From Candidatus Brocadiia bacterium (GTDB taxonomy: Bacteria; Planctomycetota; Brocadiia; SM23-32): a stretch of DNA of 64,000 bases. Each line of letters starts with the position of its first letter. Position 1 is the first letter of the stretch. The translations under genes and the position numbers were made by a program. This document shows positions 30,557 to 41,600 of this stretch, one piece after another. Location of the stretch: contig JBKHIT010000013.1 in NCBI GenBank assembly GCA_046538485.1, forward strand, positions 26,271-90,270, read 5' to 3'. A model generated the notes under the pieces. That model was not told where the DNA came from. It worked only from the letters and a program-made list of their open reading frames with translations, and did no database searches.

Positions 30557-33500
30557 ATGGCTATGTCCTGGCTGCGTAAGCTGACCGCATTTTTTGCCTT
30601 TGCTTGTCTTTTCGCCGCCCATTCCCTGGCAGGGGGGCTCTCGAAGGACGAAGTGCCGGTTGTGGCGGTTCCGAGGATGAGTTCGCCGCCGAAGATTGAC
30701 GGGAAAATCGGAGACAAAGAATGGCAGGAAGCGGCCGCTATCAGCGGCGTGACATCGCTGAAGAAAACCCAGCTGGTGCCCCGGCCGACAACGTTTTATC
30801 TGGCCTGGGATGAAGGACATTTTTACTTCGCTTACCGGGTGTATCTGCGGCCAAATTATAAACCGCGTGTCAGTGGACGAGGACCAACAATGGCCAAAGT
30901 GCATGACGATGGGGCGGAACTGGTGGTCAAACCCATGGGCGAGAACGTGCGGGGCACCAACAAACGCACGGCCTACAAATTTTTCCTCAACTGTCTGGGG
31001 TTCACCGGCGATCTGACGAAACTCGAACTCGGGCAACAGTTCAAAAACTGGTCGCCTGATTTTGAGACAGCCGGCGGTATTACGGAACCCGGCACGGCTC
31101 CCAACGGCGGTTCCTGGCTCGAAGTGGAATTGAGCTCGACACCCGCCGACTTTGAACTGGATGGGCCGCACAAAGTCGGAGATCAATGGCGCGTGATGCT
31201 GGGGATGAACCATATGCCCATCTGGATGCAGGTTCGCATCCCGGCGATCGGTTCGTATTTTGAATCTTCCGGGGCCGGTTACACACGACTCACGCTCGTG
31301 GAGGATACCCCGGCGGTCCAGTTCACAATGAATTCGCTGGATAATCTCGTCACGAACGGCACCGCTGCGCTGGAGATCAGCGCCTACAATCCGTCCAAAA
31401 ACGCCGAGACGGTCGACATCGCTGTCAATGTGGCAGAAAAAATTCAGAAGGATAAAAAACTCGAACTCCCTGGAGGCAAGTCGGCCGGTTTCTCTCTTGA
31501 TGAGAAACTGCCGGAAGATACAAAAAACGGGAAATTCAGCGTCGATGTGACTCAGAACAAACAGACGCTCCTGAGCTACACCGGTTTCTTCAAAGTCGGG
31601 GCGATGTCCCATGTCCTGAAACCGGTTAAGGAACGAGACCCGAATAAATTTGCGTTTTCGGTGCGTTTTAACCCGGTGCGAAAGTGGGTTTTGCTGAAAG
31701 CCGATTCCTACTATCTGCCCGATCCCGATGCGGCCGAGGCGCTGAACTACCGCATTTTCCCCGAGGGGGAACAGTGGAATGTGCTCGATCGCGGCACGGC
31801 GAGCCAGAAGGTCCAGTATTATTTTACAAAACAGCGGGAACTTCCCGAACTTAAACCCGGGAAATACGTGGCCGAGGCTACCCTGAAATTATCCGACGGT
31901 TCTGAAGTCGGTCCCATGCGGAAGACATTCACCAAGAAAAACGAAGCGGAAGAATATCCGGAATGGTGGGGCAAAAAGTTCGGCGATATCAACCAGGTGC
32001 TGCCTCCGTTTGAAGCCATCAAAGAGACTAAAGGATCCCGCTCGGGGTTCTTTTCCAAATCCGCCCCACGTTTCTCGTGCTGGGGGCGCCAGTATGAACT
32101 GAATGCTCTCGGACTGCCGTCCGATCTGGTGTCCCAGGGCAAGAGCATTCTGAACGGACCAGCGCGTCTGGTTGTCGTGCTCGACGGGCAAAAGCACGCC
32201 GTCAAGCTGAAAAACCCGAAAATCACAAAGAAAAAGCCCCACCGCGTTCGGTTCAAAGGAAAAGCGTCCGGAGCAGGACTCAATTTCTCCGCCCGCGGTT
32301 GGCTCGAACAGGATGGGCTGGTCTATGTTGAGCTGACATATGCACCCGAAAAGGAAACGACGGTGAGGGTGGACGCACTGCGCCTGGAGTATCCGCTGGC
32401 CGCGAAGGAGGCCCAGTGCCTGGTCTGTCTCGGGCCCGGAGGAAATTTTGCCGCCCACACAGCCAAAACCCTCCCGTCTGACAAAGAAGGACAGCTCTGG
32501 TCGACCCTCGATACCGGACGGCCCGGGAGCCAGATGACTCTTGGCAATTTTTATCCAACCGTCTGGGTCGGCAACGATAATCGCGGTTTCATGTGGTGGA
32601 GCGATACCGACAAAGGCTGGTTCCCGGTCAATGATGAACCCGCGCACGAGACAGTCCGTGAAGATGGCAGTGTGATTTTCCGGAACAATATTATCTCGCG
32701 TCCGGTGGAGCTGACCGACTCCCAAACGATCCGTTTCAGCTACAACGCGACTCCGTATCGCCCCTTCACGAAAGGTTGGCGAGCGGTCGGTGCGACCGAA
32801 GACGGCACGTTCGTGGTGCCGCATCGCAAGACGCGCGTGGATGCCAATGGCGTGAAAGTAAACGATCCGCAAACGCAGAAAAACTGGATGCATCCCAATT
32901 CCACCGCCAAAGAAGAATGGGATGAACTTTATGCCAAATGGAAGAAAGAAGCCGATTCCATCGTGCGACGTCACCAGTGGAGAGATCCCTACCGCGCGCG
33001 GAATGGTGTCAACCTGGGGCACATGTCTTTTGCGCTTCATGGTTACGGCGCCAAAACCATTTTCGGCGGACTTTATAAATATTTCGGCGCTGAATGGAGG
33101 GGCGATACGTGGAATGAATCGTATCGGGATTACGCTATGTATCTGATGGATATGACGTTCGGGAAAGGTGGCGTGCGGAGCACTTACTGGGACATCACTT
33201 TCCCGCGTCAGTTCTCCAATCCGCTCAGTGGCCTGGGGTATTATCTGCCCGACGGACGGATTCAGCCGGAGTATAACGGCTGGAACCTGCGCCGGTTCTT
33301 CATGCGATTGCAGGCTCTGGCGAAAAAATATGACTTGTTTCCAAACGCCGTTGGGGTCCATTCGACCAACGACTATCATCTGGTGGCCATGCCGTGGATC
33401 GATGCTGTCCTCGACGGCGAGCGGAACTGGAACATTGAAATCGCCGACGAGGACTGGGTTGACTACTATCCCATCTCCCGTATGCGGGCGATGTCTTCGC

Positions 33501-34012
33501 CACACAACTGGGGCGTGCCCATCTGCTGGATGGCCAATATCGATGGTGGCACAAAAGAGAAACGGATAGAAGCCAAAAACGTCCAGGCCCAGTGGATCTG
33601 GATGCACGATTCCTGGCGCAATCCGTATGTCCGGCCGTTGACGCAGATGCCAACCAGCGTTCTTGACTGGGGTCTGAACGATGAACGGGTCGTGTATCAT
33701 CCCTACTGGCGAAATCCTTACGTCGAAAGCGAGGATGAGGACATCCTGGTGTCGCTCTGGCAACTGCCTGACCGCGTCATTCTGGGGGTGTTCAACTACA
33801 ACGGTGATAAGAGAAAGAACGTGGTGCTTAAGGTTGATCTGGACAAACTGGATCTGGTGCCGGAGAAGAAGTGGCAGGAGTTCGTGCGTGTGAGGGATTT
33901 GTGGTCCGGCGACGAGGGACCGGGAACAAGGCTCAAATTCCACGCCCGCAGTTTGTCGATCAAGAAACTCTCCCCGCACCGCCTGCGTCTGATCGGTATC
34001 CGGAGATACTGA
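30557..34012 (+). CDS. Secreted CBM9-like plus DUF6067-like putative glycoside hydrolase
   Basis: AGGAG RBS and signal peptide. PKIDGKIGDKEW...FYLAWDEGHFYFAY (CBM9/DOMON-like). LEQDGLVY, TYWD, AVLDGE, YHPYW. Confidence 0.7.
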   Translation: MAMSWLRKLTAFFAFACLFAAHSLAGGLSKDEVPVVAVPRMSSPPKIDGKIGDKEWQEAAAISGVTSLKKTQLVPRPTTFYLAWDEGHFYFAYRVYLRPNYKPRVSGRGPTMAKVHDDGAELVVKPMGENVRGTNKRTAYKFFLNCLGFTGDLTKLELGQQFKNWSPDFETAGGITEPGTAPNGGSWLEVELSSTPADFELDGPHKVGDQWRVMLGMNHMPIWMQVRIPAIGSYFESSGAGYTRLTLVEDTPAVQFTMNSLDNLVTNGTAALEISAYNPSKNAETVDIAVNVAEKIQKDKKLELPGGKSAGFSLDEKLPEDTKNGKFSVDVTQNKQTLLSYTGFFKVGAMSHVLKPVKERDPNKFAFSVRFNPVRKWVLLKADSYYLPDPDAAEALNYRIFPEGEQWNVLDRGTASQKVQYYFTKQRELPELKPGKYVAEATLKLSDGSEVGPMRKTFTKKNEAEEYPEWWGKKFGDINQVLPPFEAIKETKGSRSGFFSKSAPRFSCWGRQYELNALGLPSDLVSQGKSILNGPARLVVVLDGQKHAVKLKNPKITKKKPHRVRFKGKASGAGLNFSARGWLEQDGLVYVELTYAPEKETTVRVDALRLEYPLAAKEAQCLVCLGPGGNFAAHTAKTLPSDKEGQLWSTLDTGRPGSQMTLGNFYPTVWVGNDNRGFMWWSDTDKGWFPVNDEPAHETVREDGSVIFRNNIISRPVELTDSQTIRFSYNATPYRPFTKGWRAVGATEDGTFVVPHRKTRVDANGVKVNDPQTQKNWMHPNSTAKEEWDELYAKWKKEADSIVRRHQWRDPYRARNGVNLGHMSFALHGYGAKTIFGGLYKYFGAEWRGDTWNESYRDYAMYLMDMTFGKGGVRSTYWDITFPRQFSNPLSGLGYYLPDGRIQPEYNGWNLRRFFMRLQALAKKYDLFPNAVGVHSTNDYHLVAMPWIDAVLDGERNWNIEIADEDWVDYYPISRMRAMSSPHNWGVPICWMANIDGGTKEKRIEAKNVQAQWIWMHDSWRNPYVRPLTQMPTSVLDWGLNDERVVYHPYWRNPYVESEDEDILVSLWQLPDRVILGVFNYNGDKRKNVVLKVDLDKLDLVPEKKWQEFVRVRDLWSGDEGPGTRLKFHARSLSIKKLSPHRLRLIGIRRY

Positions 34013-34059
34013 TATCTCCCCGAAAACGCGCCACAGTTGCCGCGAGATATTACAGAGCT

Positions 34060-34205
34060 GTAGGTCCGCATCGGCGAGGCGGACCTGCCTGAATGTTCCC
34101 GCGGCTTGCCCCGGCGATCGTCAGTTTTTTTGCATCGTAAGGCAGGAAACGGGACAGAGAACCATCGAGTCCCTTTTGTCACTTAAGTCCCTTCCGTCCC
34201 TTCCC
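34060..34205 (+). repeat. Composite intergenic repeat, copy A (REP-like hairpin + GCTTGCCCCGGCG + 4x9-bp array)
   Basis: GTAGGTCCGC...GCGGACCT hairpin. Colinear with 41757-41927. Confidence 0.75.
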
Positions 34206-34286
34206 GCGCAACCACGGGCCGCCTTGGGGCAAAGCTGCAGATCTCACTGCGTGTCAGGCGCCCTGCCAGCGCTCCGGCGCTGGCTC

Positions 34287-34333
34287 TGGAGTGCGGTGGG
34301 GAGTTCGGCTGCGCCGAACGGAGCACCGCTTTT
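34287..34333 (+). repeat. REP-like hairpin (TGGAGTGCGG type)
   Basis: TGGAGTGCGGTG...GTTCGG-CTGCG-CCGAAC...CACCGCTTT. Confidence 0.5.
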
Positions 34334-34358
34334 CCTTTTCCTGGAAACACTCCCTCCA

Positions 34359-34387
34359 TTGAAACCTCCCCCGCCCACAGGTAGCAT
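34359..34387 (+). promoter_or_regulatory. Sigma70-type promoter
   Basis: TTGAAA-N17-TAGCAT. Confidence 0.55.
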
Positions 34388-34443
34388 GTAAACAGTACAA
34401 ACGGAGGCCGTGGTCGGAATCTAAAACCGTCGAGGATTTTGTC

Positions 34444-37400
34444 ATGAAATTAGCCCATAATTTCCTGCTCCGCCGCCTGACGGTTCTCTCTGTCCTTGTT
34501 CTGCTGGCGGTTTCCCTTGTCCAATCCGCCCGTGCCGAGGGCAGACCGTTTCGCATTGTCCTCCCCGCCCCTGGCAGAATAAAGGGCCGGCCCACCACAC
34601 ATGAAAAAAACAGCGTCTGTCTGGCTCACTGGCTCAGGGACCGCTTTCGTGCCGACCCTCGTGTCCGAATCGTTGATCAAGGCTGGTCGGGGCCGGTTGT
34701 GGGAAACCTGCGAAGCGCGAAATGGGCTTCGCCTCCGAGAAATTTTCTGAAAACCGTATCGCATTATTTTCCCACCGACGCGGTCGTGGAGTTCGGATCC
34801 CGGGACGAGCAATTCGTCCTCAAACTCCACCTCACCGACCGACCCGCCCCGGCGGAACTTACCATAAAGGAGGATCAATCGAGCAAACAGTTTTTCCAGA
34901 AGACCACGGATTTTCTTCTCACCGAACTGGATTTGCCGGCAGAGTCTGAAAAATCCCTTGCGGAACCTCTCGGGGTGCCGTCGCGGACGTTGCGTGCTGT
35001 TTACCTCTCCCTCCAGCAGGTTCCCAACTGGAAATACACCACGGCCGAACCGCGCATCGAGATGCTCAAACCGCACCTGAAACACGTCGAAAAAAGCCCG
35101 CTCGTGGCTTACAGCATCGTGAAAGCGGGCGAAAAATTGACCACGGAACATAAGGAAGCTAAGAAACCAGAGTCGGTGATGCGCGTGGTGCGGGCCGTCT
35201 TCCCATTTTTGCTCGGGACTGAAAGAGAAAAAACCGCCTATAAATTCCTCCGCCGCAACCAGCACAATCGCGATTGGTTTGAAGAAGATTTTTTGAAGAT
35301 GATAAAGCCTCTGGCGACCGATGAGATGGATAAAATGCTTGGGGGGCCTGGCGGATTGGGTGGGGGAGTGGAAACTGGACAATCGGAAGGACCAGGGCCC
35401 GGCTCGAGCAGCCCTCTGGGACGACTGGTGGCCTACAAAGAATGGTCCCGCGCGCAAAGAGCGGGAGCGCTGCGATGTCTCGGCGTTCTCAAATCCGAAA
35501 AAGCATTTTCTGAGATACTGAAATGTGCTTCCCACGAAGATCCCGTTGTGAGATGTGCCGTGGCTTCCGCCCTGCAATTTTTTGAATCCGAAAAAAGCCA
35601 AAAAAGGCTACGGAAACTGGCCACCGACAAGGATCTCTCGGTCCGTCTTGCCGCTGGCTATGCTCTCTGGAAGCAGGAAGAGCAAGTCGAGGGTCTGCTG
35701 CCGCTCGCACGGAAAGTGCTGGAACGACATTCCGGCAACGCACGTGCGCTGAAAATCATCAGCCAGACGGGCGAGAAGCAGGATAACGCTTTGCTTTGGG
35801 AACTCACCCGGAGTAAGGATCCCGACCTGGCGGTGCGGTCGGCTCGGCGACTTTTCGAACTGGGCGATGTCGACGATGAACAAATGCTTGAGCTGCTTAC
35901 CTCGCACAGTTCGAGCGTGGTGCAGGCCGCGCTGGAAAATCTCAAAACCGATGCTTCGTCTGCGATCGTTGAGAGAGTTTTCGTTCTGGCGAATGGCCCC
36001 TTTGGGGAACTGGCCGACGTGGCCCGTTCCGCCCTCCGGCAGCTCTGCCCGGATGACCCGTCTGAAAGGCGTCGTTTTGAACTTCGCTACGAACATCTCT
36101 ATGTGCGCCGACAGATCATCCGGAAGCTTGCGGAGTTGGGCGATCAGGAGAATATCGAGGCGCTCGAAGAAGCCTGCGGCAACTCTCATCCCCATGCCCG
36201 GGCGTATGCACTCAAACGTCTGGCTGAGATCAGTCCCGAACGAGCCGCCGAGGCGATGGGGCCGCTTCTGACGGACCGCCATCGTTGGATTCAACTTCGC
36301 GCGGCCGCAGTCGCATCGAAAGTTGCACGACCTGAAGATGCGAAAACGATCAAAGCAGCGATCGAAAAAGCCGCGGACAAATCGACTCGCCTTTATCTGA
36401 AAGATGCTCTGGCGAAAGCCGAAGACAAACCAGCGCCGGAACCGGCCCGCGGTGCCAACAGAATCGATAGCCGGCGCTTGTTGCCGTCTCTCTGCGGGAC
36501 GGGGCCCTACGCCCCCAAATCCCCGATGCAACTTTACTACCAGCTCCACCTCCCGAAAGAAAAAGGCGGATACATAAAAGAAGCCCACGATAAGGGCAAG
36601 GTGATGATTACGCGCTGCAACTCCAGTATGAAGGGCGACCCTGCCCGCGTGCTGTTCCATCCCTACTGGCAGGACGGTTTCTGGCTGGGTATGGAAAGTG
36701 AGTTCATGGGCCGGCTCGATACGGTCGACGGAATCGTGCTGGGGGAGGAAACGATGTATTTCTTCCCGAAAGTCACATGGCGGCTGGGCGGCTGGCGGTA
36801 TTTTTGCCGCGATGCCGGAATCGATCCCGATCGGGTAAAAGGGGACAAAAGCAATCTGAACAAATATGAAATGCGCGCGTGGAAACACTGGGCACTGGAA
36901 CGGTCCATCGAGGGATTCAACATGGCGGCCGACTACATCAAACTCCGTTTCGGGAAACTGCGTCCCGGATTCTGCGTCGGAACGTTTATGCCCCATCAGG
37001 CGGGCCCTAACCCGGCCGATCTCGACTGGCGTTTCGACGTCGCCGGTGGTTACTATTACCACACTTCCAACCGCCGAATGTACAGCCGGGTCAGGCGTTT
37101 CAAAACCCTCTGGCCCGATCGGCATGCTCTGTGGCTTGTGTATGGATGCGGCGCCGCCGGAGGTTTCAGCGCTGTCAAATATAATCGGAAGGTGCCTGAA
37201 AATCCTTTGTCCAACCGTAGATATCGGGGTTACGCCGATGCTGTCAGCGTGTGGCTCGCGGGCGGAATGCCCGGTTGGTTCAGCAGCTGGCTGTTCACCC
37301 GGAGGGACGTCGATGAATCCGGCACCTGGGTCGGACCGGAAAGCATCTACAAAGAGAGCGAAATTCTGGACGAAGGAATTCGGACCTGTTTCAGCGGCCT

Positions 37401-38658
37401 GAAGGAATTCTACAGGAACAAAGACGCGCTCGAAGGGCTCCGTGAAGGCACCGCGGAGGAAGAAGGCGAGTTGGATCTCGAGGGAGATGATGGCGGCCTC
37501 GATATAGAACTTGGGGAGGAGGACAAAGAAGAAACCGAGATTGCGCAACGGATCGAAGAACAGAAGAAACGTCTCCGCTACGGATTCCACTACGAACGGA
37601 GGCGAATCTTCGATGCCGCCCGGTTGCTCCATAGCCTCCCGCCGCCGAAGGGCAATTACCCCGTTCTCCTGGTCAAAGTCGACAGAGCTATACCGGGGTT
37701 CCGTCTGTTCAACCGCTACGATTTTATCTTCGATATCAACAAACTCGTTCATCTTGACACCAGCCGTTACCGGTTCATTGGCGTCGCAGGTTGCGATTCG
37801 ATCGTGCTGCGCGATGAGACAATACGTGCTCTGACATCCTGGCTTCGCGATGGGCCCAATCTGCTCTATGTCCGGGGGTGGGTTACGTCATCGAATTCGG
37901 CGGAGGCAAGCACAGCCGCCGACCACGACGGAGAACTCAGAGAAGATTGGCCCTGGGAAAACAGCATCGCATTTTCGGACGGGGTTTACCGATTAAAAGA
38001 CAGCAGCACCGTTTCAAAGGCAGCTGGAGGCGACTCTGAAGAGACAGAGCTGGCATTGTGGCAGCCGGATGGTTTCAAAGGCGCTGTTCTTTTTGACAAC
38101 GCGAAACTGGAATCATCTGAACGCCGGCCTATCTTGAAAAAAGTCGCCGGGTCGATCGGAATCGAGCTGGAAATTGACGGTCCCGCCGGAATTCAGCTTG
38201 TGGAAATGGATAAACTGACCGGTGCCGCGGCGCCACGGCGCGTTCCCGAACCTCTTCAGTTGAAAGGCGTGGAAGCTCTCACCGGCGAGCCGGGTCCGCT
38301 CGTCGGAAACCGATCCGGCGCGGGGATCGTTTGCGATAACTATGCCGGACAGTTCGTCGCGAGTTTTCATGGAATCAATGTGCTCACCCGAAAACCCATC
38401 CGGGCCGCTGAGCCGATCCCGAAAGGTTTGAAAGTGCACTGCGATGGTCTGGTCCAGGCGACCTCTATTACGGGCGCCGCTGAAGTGCGCTGCACGGGCG
38501 TTGAGATGCGTGATTTCACCGAGGATGAAGAACGTGAGAAATGGATCCTTTTCGGCGGGTCCGAGGGGTTCGCGGCCGTTGAAGATGATAGAACAAACCA
38601 CATCGTGTATTTTATCCGCTCGTCAAAGCCCATTTTCATTCGTCAAGCAAAACCATGA
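34444..38658 (+). CDS. Secreted HEAT-repeat protein with C-terminal putative GH42-like catalytic and trimerisation-like region
   Basis: Signal peptide (..QSARA). HEAT repeats. DGIVLGEE and AWKHWALE...YIK motifs. YRFIGV...ETIRALTSWLRDGPNLLYV. Paralogue of 3-3848. Confidence 0.7.
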   Translation: MKLAHNFLLRRLTVLSVLVLLAVSLVQSARAEGRPFRIVLPAPGRIKGRPTTHEKNSVCLAHWLRDRFRADPRVRIVDQGWSGPVVGNLRSAKWASPPRNFLKTVSHYFPTDAVVEFGSRDEQFVLKLHLTDRPAPAELTIKEDQSSKQFFQKTTDFLLTELDLPAESEKSLAEPLGVPSRTLRAVYLSLQQVPNWKYTTAEPRIEMLKPHLKHVEKSPLVAYSIVKAGEKLTTEHKEAKKPESVMRVVRAVFPFLLGTEREKTAYKFLRRNQHNRDWFEEDFLKMIKPLATDEMDKMLGGPGGLGGGVETGQSEGPGPGSSSPLGRLVAYKEWSRAQRAGALRCLGVLKSEKAFSEILKCASHEDPVVRCAVASALQFFESEKSQKRLRKLATDKDLSVRLAAGYALWKQEEQVEGLLPLARKVLERHSGNARALKIISQTGEKQDNALLWELTRSKDPDLAVRSARRLFELGDVDDEQMLELLTSHSSSVVQAALENLKTDASSAIVERVFVLANGPFGELADVARSALRQLCPDDPSERRRFELRYEHLYVRRQIIRKLAELGDQENIEALEEACGNSHPHARAYALKRLAEISPERAAEAMGPLLTDRHRWIQLRAAAVASKVARPEDAKTIKAAIEKAADKSTRLYLKDALAKAEDKPAPEPARGANRIDSRRLLPSLCGTGPYAPKSPMQLYYQLHLPKEKGGYIKEAHDKGKVMITRCNSSMKGDPARVLFHPYWQDGFWLGMESEFMGRLDTVDGIVLGEETMYFFPKVTWRLGGWRYFCRDAGIDPDRVKGDKSNLNKYEMRAWKHWALERSIEGFNMAADYIKLRFGKLRPGFCVGTFMPHQAGPNPADLDWRFDVAGGYYYHTSNRRMYSRVRRFKTLWPDRHALWLVYGCGAAGGFSAVKYNRKVPENPLSNRRYRGYADAVSVWLAGGMPGWFSSWLFTRRDVDESGTWVGPESIYKESEILDEGIRTCFSGLKEFYRNKDALEGLREGTAEEEGELDLEGDDGGLDIELGEEDKEETEIAQRIEEQKKRLRYGFHYERRRIFDAARLLHSLPPPKGNYPVLLVKVDRAIPGFRLFNRYDFIFDINKLVHLDTSRYRFIGVAGCDSIVLRDETIRALTSWLRDGPNLLYVRGWVTSSNSAEASTAADHDGELREDWPWENSIAFSDGVYRLKDSSTVSKAAGGDSEETELALWQPDGFKGAVLFDNAKLESSERRPILKKVAGSIGIELEIDGPAGIQLVEMDKLTGAAAPRRVPEPLQLKGVEALTGEPGPLVGNRSGAGIVCDNYAGQFVASFHGINVLTRKPIRAAEPIPKGLKVHCDGLVQATSITGAAEVRCTGVEMRDFTEDEEREKWILFGGSEGFAAVEDDRTNHIVYFIRSSKPIFIRQAKP

Positions 38659-41600
38659 TTGAAACCGAACGCAAGCATCGAGAACAAAGAGTCGAAAAGT
38701 TCATCCAGCGCCTCGAAGGCTGTTACTACGGTCCCGAGATCCCGCTCAATGCCCGTTGCGCCGTTGCAAAAGAATCCGTGCCATTCGAAACCCGTGCGGA
38801 CGGCCTGTTCAAAAATGTCGAGGTCGGCGACGTCTGGGGCGAGCCCTGGGACCTGGCCTGGTTTCAGTTCGAGGGCCGGGTGCCGGAGAACTGGCGGGGC
38901 GCGACGGTTGTCGCGCGGCTGAATCTCGGCGGGGAAGTGCTGGTCTTCGACGATGATGGCGTTCCGGTGCAGAGTCTCACCTCGGGAACGGTTTTTGCCC
39001 CGGGTTGGGTTCGAGATCGGTTGACCCTTTTCGAGCCGTGCGAGGGCGAGGAAGAGGTCGACTTGTGGGCCGAAGTCAGTGCCTGCACGCGCATGGGGAT
39101 CGATCGTCCCAAAGACCCCCATCCGAACCATCCAGAACGTTACGGTTATCACGAACCACGGATCGAAGATCTTGCGCTGGCGGTTTTTGATCGGGAATTG
39201 TGGGATTTCTACCTCGACTGCCGAATCCTCCACGCACAGATGATGGCCCAACCGGGAGAGAGCGTGCGGCGGGCGCGTATTCTTCATGCCCTGAACGAAG
39301 CCGCGGCGGAGTATCGGGCCGATGTCAACGGTCTACAGAGGAGAAAAAAATGTCTGAAAGAGGTGCTCAACGATCCGGCGGCCCCGTCGGATCTGAAAAC
39401 GACGGCCGTCGGCCACGCGCATATCGATACCGGTTGGCTCTGGCCCGTCGATGAAACAGTCCGCAAATGCGCTCGCACGTTCGCGCGACAGATCAGCCTG
39501 ATGGAGGATTATCCGGACTATGTCTTCGGCGCGTCCCAGGCCCAGCATTACGCATTCGTGAAGGAACATTACCCGGCTCTTTATGAAAAAATCCGCCAGA
39601 AGGTCGAGGAGGGGCGCTGGGAGCCGCAGGGCGGCATGTGGGTGGAGGCCGATTGCAACGTCATCGGCGGCGAATCGATGGTCCGCCAGATGCTTCACGG
39701 CAAGAATTTTTTCCGGGACGAGTTTGGAGTCGATGTGGAGAATCTCTGGCTGCCAGACGTTTTTGGTTACAGCGCGGCGTTGCCCCAGATCCTGAAGAAA
39801 AGTGGCATCGACTCTCTGGTTACGCAAAAGATCTCGTGGAGTCAATACAACAAGTTCCCCCACCACACTTTTGTCTGGGAAGGAATCGACGGCAGCGAAG
39901 TGGTGGCGCATTTCCCGCCCGAAGACAATTACAACAGCACGCTGAACCCGGGAAGATTGGCCTACGCCCGTGATAACTTCACCGAAAAAGGTTTTCTTGA
40001 TGAGTTCCTGACACTTTACGGCCTGGGCGACGGTGGGGGCGGACCGACCGAAGATATCGTTGAAGCCGGTCTGCGACAGAAAGACCTCGAAGGCAGTCCG
40101 AAAGTGGAATTTGGTACGGCGCAACCATTTCTGGACCGTCTGTGCGACGAAAAAGACAGGCTGAAACGGTGGGTCGGCGAACTCTACCTCGAACTTCATC
40201 GCGGGACTCTGACGACTCAGGCGCACAACAAAAAGATGAACCGGGCCATGGAACTGCGGCTCCGCGAAATCGAATGGATCTATAGCTGTCTGCCCGCCGA
40301 AAACTATCCGCGAGAAGAGCTGGATTCTGTCTGGAAACGCGTCCTCATGAACCAGTTCCACGATATCCTGCCCGGATCAAGCATCCGGAGAGTCTACCAA
40401 AACACCCGCCGCGAATATGAAGAGATGTGGCAGCGAACCGAAAATCTCGTCGAGGAGGCTGGCAGGCAGTTATTCGAACCCGATCCTGAATCCGTTACCC
40501 TTGTCAATTCGTTGTCCGAGCCGTACCGGCGTCCGGTCGAACTGCCCGCGGAGTGGTCGGGCTGCGAAGTCCTCGACGCCGACGGCAAATCGCTGCCTGT
40601 TCAGGACGTTGACGCCGGACCGATTGTATGCGTGGACGTCCCGGCTTCTGCGGCTCTGACGCTCCAAAAAGGCGAGAAATCGAATTATAAGACGAAGGAC
40701 CGTGACGCCGAGCCGCTGGTGCTTGAGAATGAACTCGTGCGTTACGAGTTTGCCGAAGACGGGACGTTGTCGCGGGCTTTTGACAGAAAATCGGGACGAG
40801 AAGCCCTTCCCGAGGGAGAATCGGGCAACAAATTGCAGCTTTACCGCGATCGCCCCGTTGCCTGGGATGCGTGGGACGTGGACATTTTCTACGAGGAAGA
40901 GTTTCTCGAACAGGCGGAGTTGACGGATTGGGAACGGCGACCGGGAGGGCCGGCCCAGGAGACTCTCCATCTGGAATTTGCCATTGGCGATTCGACAATT
41001 GAGCAGGAGGTTGTGCTGGCGGCGGGCAGCAAACAGCTTGAGTTCCGGACGAGCGTTGACTGGCGGGAAGACCATCGGATGCTGCGGGTTTCGTTCCCTG
41101 TAGCCGTCTTCGCGCAGGAGGCGTCCTTTGAGATTCAATACGGCCATGTGCGTCGAAATACCCACCGCAATACCAGCTGGGACATGGCGAAATTCGAGTC
41201 GTGTGCGCATCGGTTCGTGGATTTGTCCGAGCACGACTACGGAGTGGCGCTCTTGAATGACTGCAAATACGGTCACAAGGTGCTGGGGCACGTGCTCGAT
41301 TTGAATCTGCTCAGGAGCCCGACTCATCCCGATCCCGATGCCGACCGGGGACGCCACGAGTTTACTTACAGTCTGCTTCCTCACACGGGAAATCTGGCGG
41401 AGTCGTGTGTCTTTGCCGAAGCGGCGCAGCTCAACCAACCGGTCATGGTGTACGATGGAATGCGCGCCGATAATCTCGACGTTCCGTGCCGATTGGACGG
41501 GGAAGGGGTGGCGCTGGAAGTGCTCAAGCGCGGCGAAAAAGAAGAATGCCACATCGTTCGCCTCTACGAACAACGCGGCCGCCGATCCAGAGCAGCTTTG

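Noticed and set aside
17211..41573. Long antisense ORFs (17211-19334, 31889-33979, 35608-37752, 40470-41573)
   Set aside because: These are shadows of high-GC sense genes with no recognisable motifs.
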